Source of the DNA: Macrostomum lignano
Taxonomy: Eukaryota
Assembly (NCBI GenBank): GCA_002269645.1
Contig: NIVC01000184.1
Location: forward strand, 558,001-622,000
DNA: 64,000 bases
Reading direction: 5' to 3'
Below are positions 1-12,596 of this stretch, piece by piece. The notes beneath the pieces are model-generated. The model was not told the origin of the DNA, did no database searches, and saw only the letters and a program-made list of their open reading frames with translations. The first letter of the stretch is position 1, and each line of letters begins with the position of its first letter. The translations under genes were made by a program, and so were the position numbers.

Positions 1-369
1 CAGCCTGAAGCTGCCATGTACATTTTAGTGGACTGGTCAATGTACATTATTGCTGAACCAATTAGCACGTTGTTTACGCCCGCAAGCTTGGGTTTTTAAA
101 CTTATCAAAGTCATTTCAGCTGCCTTTATTGTTATAAAATAGCTTATGCATTCTTATTTGCTACTGAACTGAAAGTAGAAAGCTGTTTTAATACGCATTT
201 ATGCCTGAGTGGGCCATCTAGTCATTTTAGAATCTGTGTTATAACCACATTGGTTGCTGTGTTGCAAATTTATGTATAGTCTGCTGAATATGGAAAAGCA
301 GGCTAACTGTGGAATTCGCCAGCTTTTCTTATTAAATTAGGCAACGACAATGACTAAAGTTTTGATTTA

Positions 370-1350
370 GTCCCCGTACGAAACACTGAGCGATATTGAA
401 TTTGATGTAAATCTTGCACAGTGTCAGATCAAGGACAGAGTAATGCTATAGTATAATTATATTAATTACATTAACAAAAGTATGATTGTTGAAAAAACTA
501 TCGGAGCGGAAGTAATTTGTTACTGGCCGGAAGTAACTAGTTAATAACCGGAAGTAATTTGTTGTATGACCAGAAGTAATTTGTTAATGGCCGGAAATAA
601 CTAGTTGATGACCGGAAGTAATTTGTTAATGGCCGGAAATAACTAGTTGATGACCGGAAGTAATTTGTTTATATGACCGGAAGTAATTTGTTTATATGAC
701 CGGAAGTAATTTGTTAATGGCTGAAAGTATTTTGTTGATGGCCGGAAGTTTAGCAAATAACAAAAAGCGTGAATGGATTTATAATATCTGGATATACATT
801 ACTTTGGCAAAAAAATCGCTGTAAGACTTGGATATTTAGCCCAGCAAAGAAATCAAGCAGACAATTTGCTAGATTCTTATGTTTAAATACAGCTGGGCAA
901 GAGTCTCCGTCTTAATAAGAGCATTAATCTGGTCCCCGTACGAAACACTGGGCGATATTATAATTTTATACGAATCGTGCACAGTGTCAGATCAAGGACA
1001 TATTAGCTAAATAATAATAAAGTACAACACAAAGACCTACACAGTGTATAAATTATAGCTTTAAATTGTGTTTTTTAAGATTACAGAAGATAAAAATTTG
1101 ACCAAGAGCGACAAAAATATGACCGGAAGAGATACAAAAATAACCGGAAGTGATATAAAAATGTCCGGAAGTGATATAAAAATGACCAGAAGTGATATAA
1201 AAATGACCAGAAGCGATATAAAGATGACCGGAAGTGATACAAAAATGACCGGAAGTGATATAAAAATGACCGGAAAGTGATACAGATAGGTGTCCAAAAG
1301 CTATGAAAATATGATCAGTATGATCAGATAAAATAGATAACCGGAAGCAG
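370..1350. repeat. Tandemly duplicated ~560-bp unit, each copy with a 21-24 bp minisatellite containing CCGGAAGT
   Basis: gtccccgtacgaaacactg...cacagtgtcagatcaaggaca occurs at 370 and 932. Arrays at ~505-750 and ~1120-1280. Confidence 0.85.
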
Positions 1351-1387
1351 TAAATATGACATGGAAGGGAAAACACTGACTATTCAC

Positions 1388-1675
1388 CTTAATCCTAGCG
1401 GACGCGTAGATTTTATGCACGACATCACCAGGCGGACGACCGGCCTCCCTGTCCAAGTAGAGCGACTCCACAAACACAGGATGATCCGATAGGCAAGCCA
1501 GCCAGACGTCTCCGCTGCCAACCATGCTCAACGACACGCCCCGGCCAATATGCAATCTGGCCCGTTCGGACACATCCGTACGCCTGACGTTGCTGAGTTG
1601 GCCTAAACAAAACCGATGCGTCGAAGAAGGGTCCGTGTAGCCGTCTATGGTTACAATCGACTGACGGTAGGGCAC
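1388..1675 (-). CDS. SMAD4: SMAD4 coding exon (MH2); the gene continues off the left edge of the window
   Basis: [33 protein letters not shown]...[24 protein letters not shown] is the SMAD4-specific MH2 sequence. accAG and GTGAA splice sites, 288 nt, phase 0/0. Confidence 0.95.
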
Positions 1676-1799
1676 CTGGTATTGATTACAGAGACGGAAT
1701 GGTACGTATTCAATTTTATACCGTTGCTATTGACCTATGGTATATTATTTATCAGGCAAGTCTTAACAAAATAGGTTCTGTCTATGGTTTATCCATATA

Positions 1800-2793
1800 C
1801 GAGGGGTGTCCAAAAAGTAGTGATACTTTTAACCGTAGCTCTCGTTCTGTAGCTTCCTGTGATTTAAAATTTTATGAACTGATAGCGGAAAATCTCTTCT
1901 ACAGACTGCTTTTTGAATTTTTAAAATTGATACTAGAGAACAAAAGTTATACCCACGAAAGTAACAGTACCTGTACCATAGAGTTACACAAATTATATCG
2001 AAATTTATAATAGTTGACTTCTGCACTCATTCATTAAGAAGGCATCGATAAATGTCTTGTTTAAGCAATACCAAACCCCAATTGCAAAATGATGCTCACT
2101 GTGACTGACTGAAATTTATCTATGGACGGGATCAGGCGCAGAAAAATAAAGCATTAAATGCATTACTTTACTTGCAAACAGAGGATCGCTTGCATTTTGC
2201 GATTCGTTCATGATTTCATTGCCCATACTCGACAACACACATGAATGTGCACTCTGTTGTTGCTCAGCAAAGTACTATCTTCACTCTTTGGGGCGCTGGC
2301 CATGGTGCCTCAGAAATTCACGCAAAACTTTGCTCTGCGCACGGATCCTCTGCGGTCAGCAAAATGACAGTTTATCGATGGATGGAGCAGTTCAGCGAGG
2401 GAAGGATTGACTTGGCAGATCAGCATTGGACGGGGCGGCCATACGTTCATCGACCTGATGTACTGGCGGACTCCATTCTGAATCTTCTTGACGAGGACTC
2501 CCGAATGACCATTAGAGAGATCGCTGACAGGTTGGACAAGCCGAAATCAACAATTCATCGAAGCTTACTCGGCATGGATCTCGTGAAGCTCAGCCTATAA
2601 TCTGTGTAACTCTATGGTACAGGTACTGTTACTTTTGTGGGTATAACTTTTGTTCTCTGGTATCAATTTTAAAAATTCAAAAAGCAGTCTGTAGAAGAGA
2701 TTTTCCGCTATCAGTTCATAAAATTTTAAATCACAGGAAGCTACAGAACGAGAGCTACGGTTAAAAGTATCACTACTTTTTGGACACCCCTCG
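1800..2793 (+). mobile_element. Non-autonomous Tc1/mariner element with 191-bp TIRs and TA TSD, encoding only the transposase DNA-binding domain
   Basis: TA|CGAGGGGTGTCCAAAAAG...CTTTTTGGACACCCCTCG|TA. Arms at 1800-1990 and 2603-2793 with 2 mismatches seen. ORF 2241-2600 has a paired HTH with a GRP linker and stops before the WVPHEL/DDD regions. Confidence 0.92.
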
Positions 2794-3049
2794 TACATCA
2801 ATCCATAGGCAGAGCTGTGTCCGGTCTCATTATGTCAAGGGCGCCACTAAGCATTAACCATAGACGAAACCAGCGGGCACGGAGTGCACTCATTGACGAT
2901 TCCGTGGGCCGTGCGACCCACAAGATATTATATGATCTTTGGGGCGCCCCCAAAATCATTGGAAAACACGAACGCACGTACATTATTTTTTATATTAGTC
3001 AATTACTGCGGCTGGTCTGATTCAACTGAACTTAGAAGTTAGGCTGTCG

Positions 3050-3460
3050 CTGTCGGTCTGTCTCTCTGGTTCTGTTACTCTGTCTTACTGTCTGTCTGTA
3101 GTGTCTGTCTGTCTGTCTGTCTTAGGGTCTTAGTTTTTGTCTGTCTGTCTGTTTTAGGGTCTTAGTGCCTGTCTGTCTGTCTGTCTTAGGGTCTTAGTGT
3201 CTGTCTGTCTGTCTGTCTGTCTTAGGGTCTTAGTGTCTGTCTGTCTGTCTTAGTGTCTGTCTTTCTAGATCTGTATGTCTGTCTGTGTCTGTCTGTCTAG
3301 ATATGTCTGTATGTGTCGGTCTGTCTAGATATGTCTGTATGTGTCTGTCTGTCTAGATATGTCTGTCTGTGTCTGTCTGTCTAGATATGTCTGTCTGTGT
3401 CTGCCTGTCTAGATATGTCTGTCTGTGTCTGCCTGTCTAGTCTGTGTCTGTCTGCCATGC
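3050..3460. repeat. (TGTC)n compound microsatellite with TTAG interruptions
   Basis: Direct inspection; the same type of repeat occurs at 62935-63970. Confidence 0.9.
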
Positions 3461-4139
3461 CAGCCTGTTTATTTACACAACTCAGTCGATCTTCTGATCT
3501 GCTTGTAAAATTTCAAATTGAGTGCAAATGTTTTCAAGACAAGACCGTGTCATTACAAAAGCGGATTAGAGCTTAGTTAATATGACTAATAAGAAGAATG
3601 ATCATATTAATATCGCTGCCTTAACTCGAGACGCTCAACGCTAACTAATTAGGGCAAAAATCAAAAGTATGTGCGCAATATGAAGCAGACGTAACCGACA
3701 GACCCCAGCAAGCGTAGACACATTAGTGCTGCTTCGGGTGCATTTTGTAGCTGAGCAACTCGGATTGCAGGCGGTGGCAGGGAAGGGCAGGGCGCCCAGA
3801 TAACGGACAGTCTCCAGCAGAAGGAAAATGAAACAAGAAAGAGAGCCTGTCTAAGGCAAGCGGTTGATAGAGAAAAAAATATGGAGGAAATTAATGCCGC
3901 GCACCAGTGCAAAACAATATTTATAAAGTTATAAACGATTGATGAAGAAACCAAGCTCGCGAGTTTTTACTGCCCCAGTTTGACGACCAGCTGATGCTGT
4001 ATTGCAAGAAAAAATATTTTTGCAACGGCTCGCGAGCTGAGCTCTTGATGAAGCGGATGAAAAGTAAATTGGATAGCAAAATCTTTTATCGGCTTTTGCT
4101 TTGTTCTAGGAGACTCGGCTGACTGAACTAGGGTAAACA

Positions 4140-4480
4140 GATAGATAGACTGGTTTATACATATAGATATATAGATACACTGGCAGATAAATGCAGATAG
4201 ACTGGCAGATAGATACAGATAGACTGGCAGATAGATACAGACAGACTGGCAGATAGATGCAGATAGACTGGCAGATAGACACAGACAGACTGGCAGATAG
4301 ATACAGACAGACTGGCAGATAGACCCAGATAGACTGGCAGATAGATACAGATAGACTGGCAGATAGACACAGACAGGCTGGCAGATAGACAGGCAGGCTG
4401 GCAGATAGACACAGACAGGCTGGCAGATAGACACAGACAGACTGGCAGATAGACCCAGACAGGCTGGCAGGTAGACAGCC
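4140..4480. repeat. ~26-bp GACA/GATA minisatellite next to a SMAD4 splice donor
   Basis: Repeated ggcagatagacacagacagact units. Confidence 0.9.
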
Positions 4481-4490
4481 CAAAGCTAAC

Positions 4491-5066
4491 CTTGAAGGTC
4501 TCGCCAATCTGCTCGTCCTGCTCAAAGTAGGAGATGGAGCACCAATGCTCCGGATTGACAGCTCCAGGCGACGCTGGCGCCGACAAAGCGACCGCGGCGG
4601 CGGTTGTAGCCGCACTTGGCCGGTTGCCAACGACGCCGCTAGACCAAGTGACCATCGATTGCTGACTGTGCGCCAGCCACGGTTGCTGCTGCTGAAGAGG
4701 CGCTGGCGGAGGCGGTGGCATCATGTGCAAGCTGGGGCGCTGCAACGGCGAGTGCAGCATGGACACTGGGCCAGACGGGGTCAGCAGCGGTGGCGGAGGC
4801 GGCGGCGGCAGGCTCTGTAGCGACAGGGATAAAGAAGACGGATCTGGTGGCGGCGGCGGCGGCGGCAGCGACGGCGAATCATCGGACGGGTCCATAACGG
4901 CGCCCACAACCCGCTCATAGTGGTAAGGATTAACGCAGACGGCATTTTGTTTTAAATCGAATGCAAACTGGCAATGCCGCAGGTGTTTCAATTCGTTTTT
5001 GTGCAAGTCTGGCCAGCGCCAAATTTTTGCGTACACAACGTGCGGAAAACCTTTTCGACCGGCAAC
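4491..5066 (-). CDS. SMAD4: SMAD4 coding exon (rest of MH1, Pro/Gln-rich linker, start of MH2)
   Basis: [27 protein letters not shown]...[10 protein letters not shown] and [21 protein letters not shown]. ccccAG acceptor, GTTAG donor, 576 nt, phase 0/0. Confidence 0.95.
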
Positions 5067-5171
5067 CTGGGGCGCGATTGAGGGGACAGGGGAGGCACGT
5101 TCAGGTAAATTGGATGATGATTCATTGGATTTCACTTTTGCTAGGTGTCTATTGTCATTACTTACGACTAA

Positions 5172-6310
5172 GAGGCGATTTTCATAATTTGAGAGACGAT
5201 TCTCATAATTTGAGAGACGATTCTCATAATTTAAGAAGGGCGATTCTCATAATTTGAGAGACGATTCTCATAATTTGAGAGACGATTCTCATAATTTGAG
5301 AGACGATTCTCATAATATAAGAGTGGCGATTCTCATAATTTGAGAGACGATTCTCATAATTTGAGAGACGATTCTCATAATTTAAGAAGGGCGATTCTCA
5401 TAATTTGAGAGACGATTCTCATAATTTGAGAGACGATTCTCATAATATAAGAGTGGCGATTCTCATAATTTGAGAGACGATTCTCATAATTTGAGAGACG
5501 ATTCTCATAATTTAAGAAGGGCGATTCTCATAATTTGAGAGACGATTCTCATAATTTGAGAGACGATTCTCATAATTTGAGGGACGATTCTCATAATTTG
5601 AGAGACGATTCTCATAATTTGAGAGACGATTCTCATAATTTAAGAAGGGCGATTCTCATAATTTGAGAGACGATTCTCATAATTTGAGAGACGATTCTCA
5701 TAATTTGAGAGACGATTCTCATAATTTAAGAAGGGCGATTCTCATAATTGTAGAATAATGTTAAACTGTGTTAAACTGTGAGAGTCGCCTCTCTTAAATC
5801 ATGAGAATCGCCTCTCTTATATTACAAGAATCGCCTCTTTAATCATGAGAATCGCCTCTCTCAAATCATGAGAATCGCCTCTCTCAAATCATGAGAATCG
5901 CCTCTCTCAAATCATGAGAATCGCCTCTCGTAAATTATGAGAATCGCCCTTCTTAAATTATGAGAATCGCCCTTCTTAAATTATGAGAATCGTCTCTCAA
6001 ATTATTAGAATCGCCTCTGACGATGAGCCAGTAAGTAGCATAGGAAAAAATGCGAGCGAAGCGAGTTTGTGGTTACTTTTGCGAACGATTTTCATGACTT
6101 AAGATAGGCGATTCTCATACTTTAAGAAAGGCGATTCTCACAGTTTAAGAAAGGAGATTCTTATAATATAGGAGGCGATTCTCATAATATAAGCGGCGAT
6201 TTTCATGACTTAAGAGAGGCGAGGCGATTCTTATGATTTAAGAAAGGCGATTCTCATGATTAAGAAAGGGGATTCTATCATTTAAGAGAGGCGATTCTCA
6301 TAATTCAAGA
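5172..6310. repeat. 21-bp minisatellite in forward / inverted / forward blocks inside a SMAD4 intron
   Basis: gagagacgattctcataattt array at ~5172-5750, reverse-complement array at ~5782-6018, degenerate forward array at ~6104-6310. Confidence 0.9.
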
Positions 6311-6411
6311 GACTATTTTTGTCATCAATATAAGGGACTATTATCACATTGTCCTAATAACCTAGTTAAACCTAAGTAATAAACTGGCAAAGTGCAACAC
6401 AGTACACGCAC

Positions 6412-6780
6412 CTGGAGCCGGCCATCTAAAGTCCTGGGTATAGTGATGCAACAGGTCGTAGTTGCCCCGGCACTGGTGACACTCTGAATCAGTGCGTCAA
6501 GTTCTTCTCGTTTTTCTTTCAGTTTTTTAACCAGAGACTCAATTGCCCGCTTGCTAAAGCCTTCCGATTCGCCTTCGAGCCTGTGCTGCATCAGCGAGTG
6601 CACTATTGACAAGCAGGCATCTGAGGAGGTCACGTGACTAGTAAGTCCACTAATAATCGCGTGATTTGAGGCATTTACAGGCTGTCTAACGGTGGTCAAG
6701 TTGCTGCCGCCACCAGACAGAGTTGGAGACGAGATGGAAGCTGACGGACTAGGAGATGTTGGACTTGCTAATTGAAGCAT
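6412..6780 (-). CDS. SMAD4: SMAD4/Medea coding exon (N-terminus and first half of MH1)
   Basis: Translation [44 protein letters not shown]...[11 protein letters not shown] matches the Co-SMAD MH1 domain. ATG at 6780, an upstream AG acceptor (tttttatag) and a phase-0 GT donor at 6411. Confidence 0.95.
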
Positions 6781-9638
6781 TGTTTTTTAGTCTATAAAAA
6801 TAATTATGTAGTTTGTCTAATCCCTGATTACAACCAGAGCAGAACAGGTTAAATAGTGCAGACTTGCCAGTGGGTTGTGCAGCTGAAATAGAATTTAGAC
6901 CATCATGCAGTAATGGCATGCAAACGATTACATAATTGGCTATAGTAACAATTCAAAAATCAAGGATACAATCTATTCTAAAAAATATGTTAGTGTATAC
7001 AACATTGTACTATAGTCAAAAAGGGACATTATCAATAGTCCAGCTCATTAGACTTACCCCCCAGAGATTTCTGACAAGATTTCTAGATATCTGTTAGAAG
7101 TTTGTGAAATAGCCTTGGCATTAATTATCTGGCATAAAAAAATACATGATATTTTGGTACAACTGTCTTTCATTAAAAAACAAATTGTAAACTCTAAAGG
7201 CCTAACAACTTTTATATTTTTATTATTTTAGTTAATTTTATATTTATAATTTTTAATTTTATTATATAAAAATACATTCAACTTTTTAATAAAAAAATCA
7301 ATGCAAAGTTATAATGTCATTGCCACATTTTATACCTTAGTCATAGATTTTTGCCATCTTTTCTCCTAGTCAATTACACAAGACATACAGCTTAAAATTG
7401 GCCCAAATAATAAAATTTAAAAAATTGTATCAAGAAACCTAAACAAGCATATAAAATAGACAATTTTTTTCTAAAAATTAGTGTCTTTAAATTAGTGACA
7501 GATCCAAATATTTGGATTTGAAATCTGAATCCAAAAAATGTATTTTTTTTAGAAATATTAATGTTTTTAGATTGGGAAATTTTTTTCTGAATATTTTTCA
7601 AATGTGCTTCCAAATATTGGAAAAATCAAGAAACCTAAACAAATTCACATTTGTAAAAGAAACAAAACATTTGAAATAAGAAAGTACTTTTAGACTACAG
7701 TAAATGGTTCTCAAGAACATTCTCAAACACAAATGTAATGTCAATTAGTATTAGTAATTAGATTAGCTAGATTAGTTATATAGGAATTGTGTTCAATTAA
7801 AACTTACTTATTCTTTAATAAGTTTTAATTTTTATAGCCTAATCTTAATTAAATTTTGTTTAAAGAATCGACTAGTTGCTTACTTAGATCATAAACTAGA
7901 CACTGAGGTATTTTTTTTACTTAAAAGTGTCATAGTTCTTCTTGCCATTTACCTTTTACTTTTTGCTTATATTTGGAAACACATTTGGATATTTGGATTC
8001 GTATTCAGAATTTTTTGTACATTTGGTTTTGGTTTCAAAAACTTACAAAAATCTATATTTGGTTTAGGCCTATTACTACTTTAAATTCCTTTTTCTTTTT
8101 TTAATATACATAATTTAGCAAAATTGTTTCTAGACTAAGGACAACTAAGCTAACCTACTGGTATTGAAAAAAGTGAGAATTTTATCAAAGTTGACAGTTG
8201 GTATGCATCACTCCTAAGAAAATAGTGTATAGACCTATGCACACCTAGCATTTATTTTATAGAATCACATGGAAGATTTAAGCTATTGTATGCAAAGTAG
8301 AAAAAAGATAAAAAAATAAATTTTAAGCATAAATTTCAAGCCTTCCAGGTTTTTTAGGCTTGTAATAAAGTATTTAAACAAACCTTTGTATGTATTGATT
8401 TTTTGATATAAATAATATTGCCAAAAAAGTATAAAAACCAACTAAATTATTTGCCAAAAAAAGTCCATCATACAATTCAAAAAGGTCATTTATTGTTGCA
8501 ACATTGGTATAGTTTTGAAAATAGATAGGCCTATGTATTCAATTATTTTTTGTAATGTATTTTTATTAGGCTTATATGCATTTGTAATTATTCAATTTTT
8601 TGTCCAAGCATATACCCAGCTACTAGCATGATCTAGAGTCTATACTAGGCCTATGGAAAGTAATTATAGACATCATTTTCTAACATGGCACTACATTGTG
8701 GCATGTTAGATGGTACTTATGCGCTGCTGCTGCTGCATGGTAGTATTTGAAAAAAAGCTACTCTTAGGTTTTATTTTAAAGTTGCCTTTTGAATGCATAT
8801 TTTGGCAAGTCATTGGACCCTCATTCATTAAAGTCCCTGACACCCTACCAAAGGACAAAGTTATAGAAAACAAAGATAGGCCTAATATATTAATATTATA
8901 GCCTATACAATACTATAATAGGCCTAGGACAAACACAAGTAGAATTTGGAATAGTTATTGGCCCCTACCTGGCTATATATATATATAAATCTTGAAAAAA
9001 ATCAAAATTATTACGCCTATCTAACATGATTTTGATAGATTAATAGATTTAAAATGTATCACTATCAGATAAAACATGAAAACAGCACTTAAAAGTTGAA
9101 AATGAAAATGTCTCATTTAAATTACAAATATGACAGCTGAAAAAAATCATTTGCTTAGGGCCTAATTACAGAGAACAATACAGTTTTAGTTTTGCAATGT
9201 ACTATTTAAATTAAATTAGGCAATGGCTGGAGTTCCAGCACAAACCCATTTTCTAACAGCTATGGATCTGGCAGTGGTATTTCAGCAGTGCAATTTATGG
9301 GTATAATATAGCAGAAACATTTTACTTTTTAACGGGTGGTTGACATTGATATTGAGATTTTGTTCAAGATAAGATCAAAACGAAATGATGAGATTCAAAT
9401 CAAGATACTTCTTGTCCCCCTGTAGTCTTCTATGAAATCTTCAAGAATTCATTAGTAGATAACTGCCTGCCTGCAGAAGACTGCCGGATCAATAGCCATT
9501 AGAAAACGGGTTCCAGTGCCGGAACCCTAGCCATTACTATTAAATTAGGCAAATTAAGTATTAACTATGTATGTTTAGCACAGAACTATCTGATTTAGGT
9601 TTGTATTGCTGAAATGCTGCATGTATATATATTTAATA

Positions 9639-10974
9639 CAAGCTGTTGAAACCCGCGGATTTTGAACCCGGGGAATTTCAATCCCTCGAACTATTTTTGC
9701 ATGTACTCGTATTCTAAAATCTGAGGTCAAACTCAAACAAAAACTCGTTAAAATATAGTTAGGTTAGAATTAAACATAAAATAGAGTACATTCGTGAAAA
9801 ATTAGGATTTGAGGCAAACATTTATATTGTTGGCTGGGGTGCTGCGAACAGGCAAACTCTGGCCTCTGCCTCTCCTTATGTCCCTTAGATCCTTAAAAAT
9901 TTCGACCTTCTCTTCTGTTTCCTCTCCTCTCTCTCGTCTCTGTCTCTTCTCTCTCTCCTCTATCCCCTATTCTCTCGTCTATTCTCTCTCCCTTCTATTC
10001 TTTTATCCCTCCTCTCCTCCCTCCTCTCTACTCTCTACTCTCTCCTCTCTCTCCTCTCATCTCTTCTCTTCTTTCCGCTCTCCTCTCTCCTCTCTTTTAT
10101 CGTCTCTTCCCTCACCTCTCTTCTCTCTCGTCTTTGCTCTCTTATCTATCTCTTCTTTCTCCTCTTTTATCTTTTCTCTCTTCTCTCTTCTCATTCTTTC
10201 TGCATGTTTTCTCCTCTCTCTTTCCCTCTCTCTCTCTCCTCTCTCTCTCCCTCTCTCTCCTCTTATCTCTCTGCTCTCTCCTGTCCCATATCTCTTTCTC
10301 CTCTAATCTCTCCCCTGTTTCCTCTCCTCTCTCGTCCTTTCTCCTCTTTCCCCTGTCCTCTCAGTTCTCTCCCCTCCCCTCCTCTCTCCTCACTCACTTC
10401 TCTCTCCCTTTGTCTCACCTCTCATCTCTTATTTCTATCCTTTTTTCTCTCCACTCTCCCATCTCTTATCTGTTCACTCTCGTCTCTGGTCTCTCATCTC
10501 CCCTCTCTCATCTGCCATCTTTACTCTCTTATACTCGTATGTTCTCTCACCTCTCTCATCTGTACTCTTCGATCTTTCCCCTCTTTTGACTCCTCTCTTT
10601 CCTTTCTCCTTTTTCCCTTCTCTTCTCTTCCCTCTTCTATTCTCTCCCTCTCTTGTCTTCTCTCTTCTCTCTTCACTCTCCTCTCTCCTCTCATATATCG
10701 CGTTCACTCTCATCTTTGCTCTCTACCCCCACTCTCTTCTGTCATCTTTACTCTCCACTCTCCTGTGTACTCTTCTCTTTCCCCTCTACTGAATCCTCTC
10801 TTCTTACTCCTCTTCTCTTCCCTCTTCTATACTCTCTCCCCTCTATTCTCTTCTCTTGTCTCTTTGCACTCTGCCCTCTCTTCCTTCATCTCTCATCTCC
10901 ACAATCTCATCTCTTTCCTCTCTCCTCTTCTTCCCTTTACTTTATCATCTCTCCTTTCTCCTCTCTTCTTTCTC

Positions 10975-11016
<42 letters not shown>

Positions 11017-12596
11017 TCTTATCTCCTCTCTTCTCACTCCTCTCTCCCTCTCTCTCCCCTCCTATCTCCTCTCTATTCTCTATTCTCTTCTCACTCTTCT
11101 CTACTCTCCTCTCTCATCGATCCTCTGTCTCATCTCTCCCCTCTTCTCTCTTCCTCTTCTCACCTCTACTCTTTCCTCTCCCTCCTGTCTCCCCTCCTCT
11201 CACTTCCTCCTCCCATATTCTCTGCTCTCTCCTCGTCCTCACCCCACTCGTCTCTCCTGTTATCTTATATCTTTTCTCTTACCCCCCTCTCGCCCTTTCT
11301 CTCTTTCTAATAGTCTATTCCTTTTCTTTTTCACTCTCATCTGGCCCGCAGCCATGTGCCCATGACTCCATGAGCTGGATTCTTTATCTGGCCTTTGAGT
11401 TAAAAATCTACCGATCCCTGCTTCGAAAGCCAGTTTGTGGGATGTAGTACTATCATGGTTATCATTTCTCATGCTTTAATCACGTCACCTTTCTGGCCAA
11501 TTAGCAGCCCTGAGAGGAATTTGTGTATCTCCAGCTCCACCACCACAGTCTGCACTCTGCAGCAGTCTAACAACCAAGGAAATGCGCATTTCTTAGGAGT
11601 CATTTAAATTTTAAAGTTACCCTATGCGAAACTTTATGTTAAAAGCTTCATGGTGTAACTAATTTAGTAGGTTTGCATTGTAATAAGTTATTCATTAATT
11701 TTTCGCTATTTTTACAAACCATCCCGCATCGCCTTGATTTGCCTGTTTGCCATTCACTGTTAAACTGCTGCAGACTTGTCTATACAGAGGACAGTGGATT
11801 GAATCTCTCGCTGAAACTGTCTCTCCTCTCCACGCCTCTCCACTCGCGGGGGTGCAGAGAAGGCTATTAAAAGTTATTCCAAAACACTGTACGTTGCCAT
11901 GTACATTCAGCCCTATCGCCTGACCCTTCGTCTGGGCTGGGGCAATGAGTGAGTGAGTGGCACAAACAACAGAAAAAGCAGACAAACTTCACATGCTTAC
12001 AGTTTCCGTCCTGATTGAGATACAGAGTTGAAACTTTACATTTAGATAGAGAATGAGTCAATGAAGAATTGTGTCAAGTTTAAAGTCAATCGCTTTACGT
12101 GGAGCAAACTTATGGCAGCTGAAAGTTAGTCAATTTTGAAACCCTTTTACACATCTGGGCCCAGATCGGTATCGGGAAAGAGAGGCAGGCGGGCGGAGGT
12201 TGGGGTGGTTGCTACGCTGAAAAAAACAGCCTAACTTTAAAAGTGCACAGCGGCTTTCAGGATTAACTTTGAGATTTGAAATTTTACACGATTGTGAAAA
12301 AATAGTTGAAAATTGCCTGTGTCAAATTTGAAGAGAATCGGTAGAAGTGGAGCGGCGCTATGGAGGATTTAGTGAAAAAATTGCGCATTTTGAGCAGTTT
12401 TTTGCACTTTTAGGTAGGAAGACTTGAGTCTAGGAAATTAAAAGGTAGCCTAAGACATTCTCCGTAGTGAGTTTAGGGTGGGTGTAAAATTTGGTGTCAT
12501 TTGGTTGAGCGGTTTGGGAGTCCATAGCGATCAAATTTGTCCACACACAGACAGACACACACACACACACAGAGTTTTGATTTTTATAGGTAGAGA
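9639..12596 (-). mobile_element. Non-autonomous Helitron-like element, leftmost copy of a tandem trimer
   Basis: The minus-strand 5' end is TCTCTACCTATAAAAATC followed by (TG)n. The 3' end is a GC-rich imperfect hairpin then CAGCTTG followed by a host T. Internal CT-rich tract. Confidence 0.75.

Noticed and set aside
3120-3235. TTAGGG hexamers as interstitial telomere
   Set aside because: Isolated single hexamers inside a TGTC microsatellite, not tandem.
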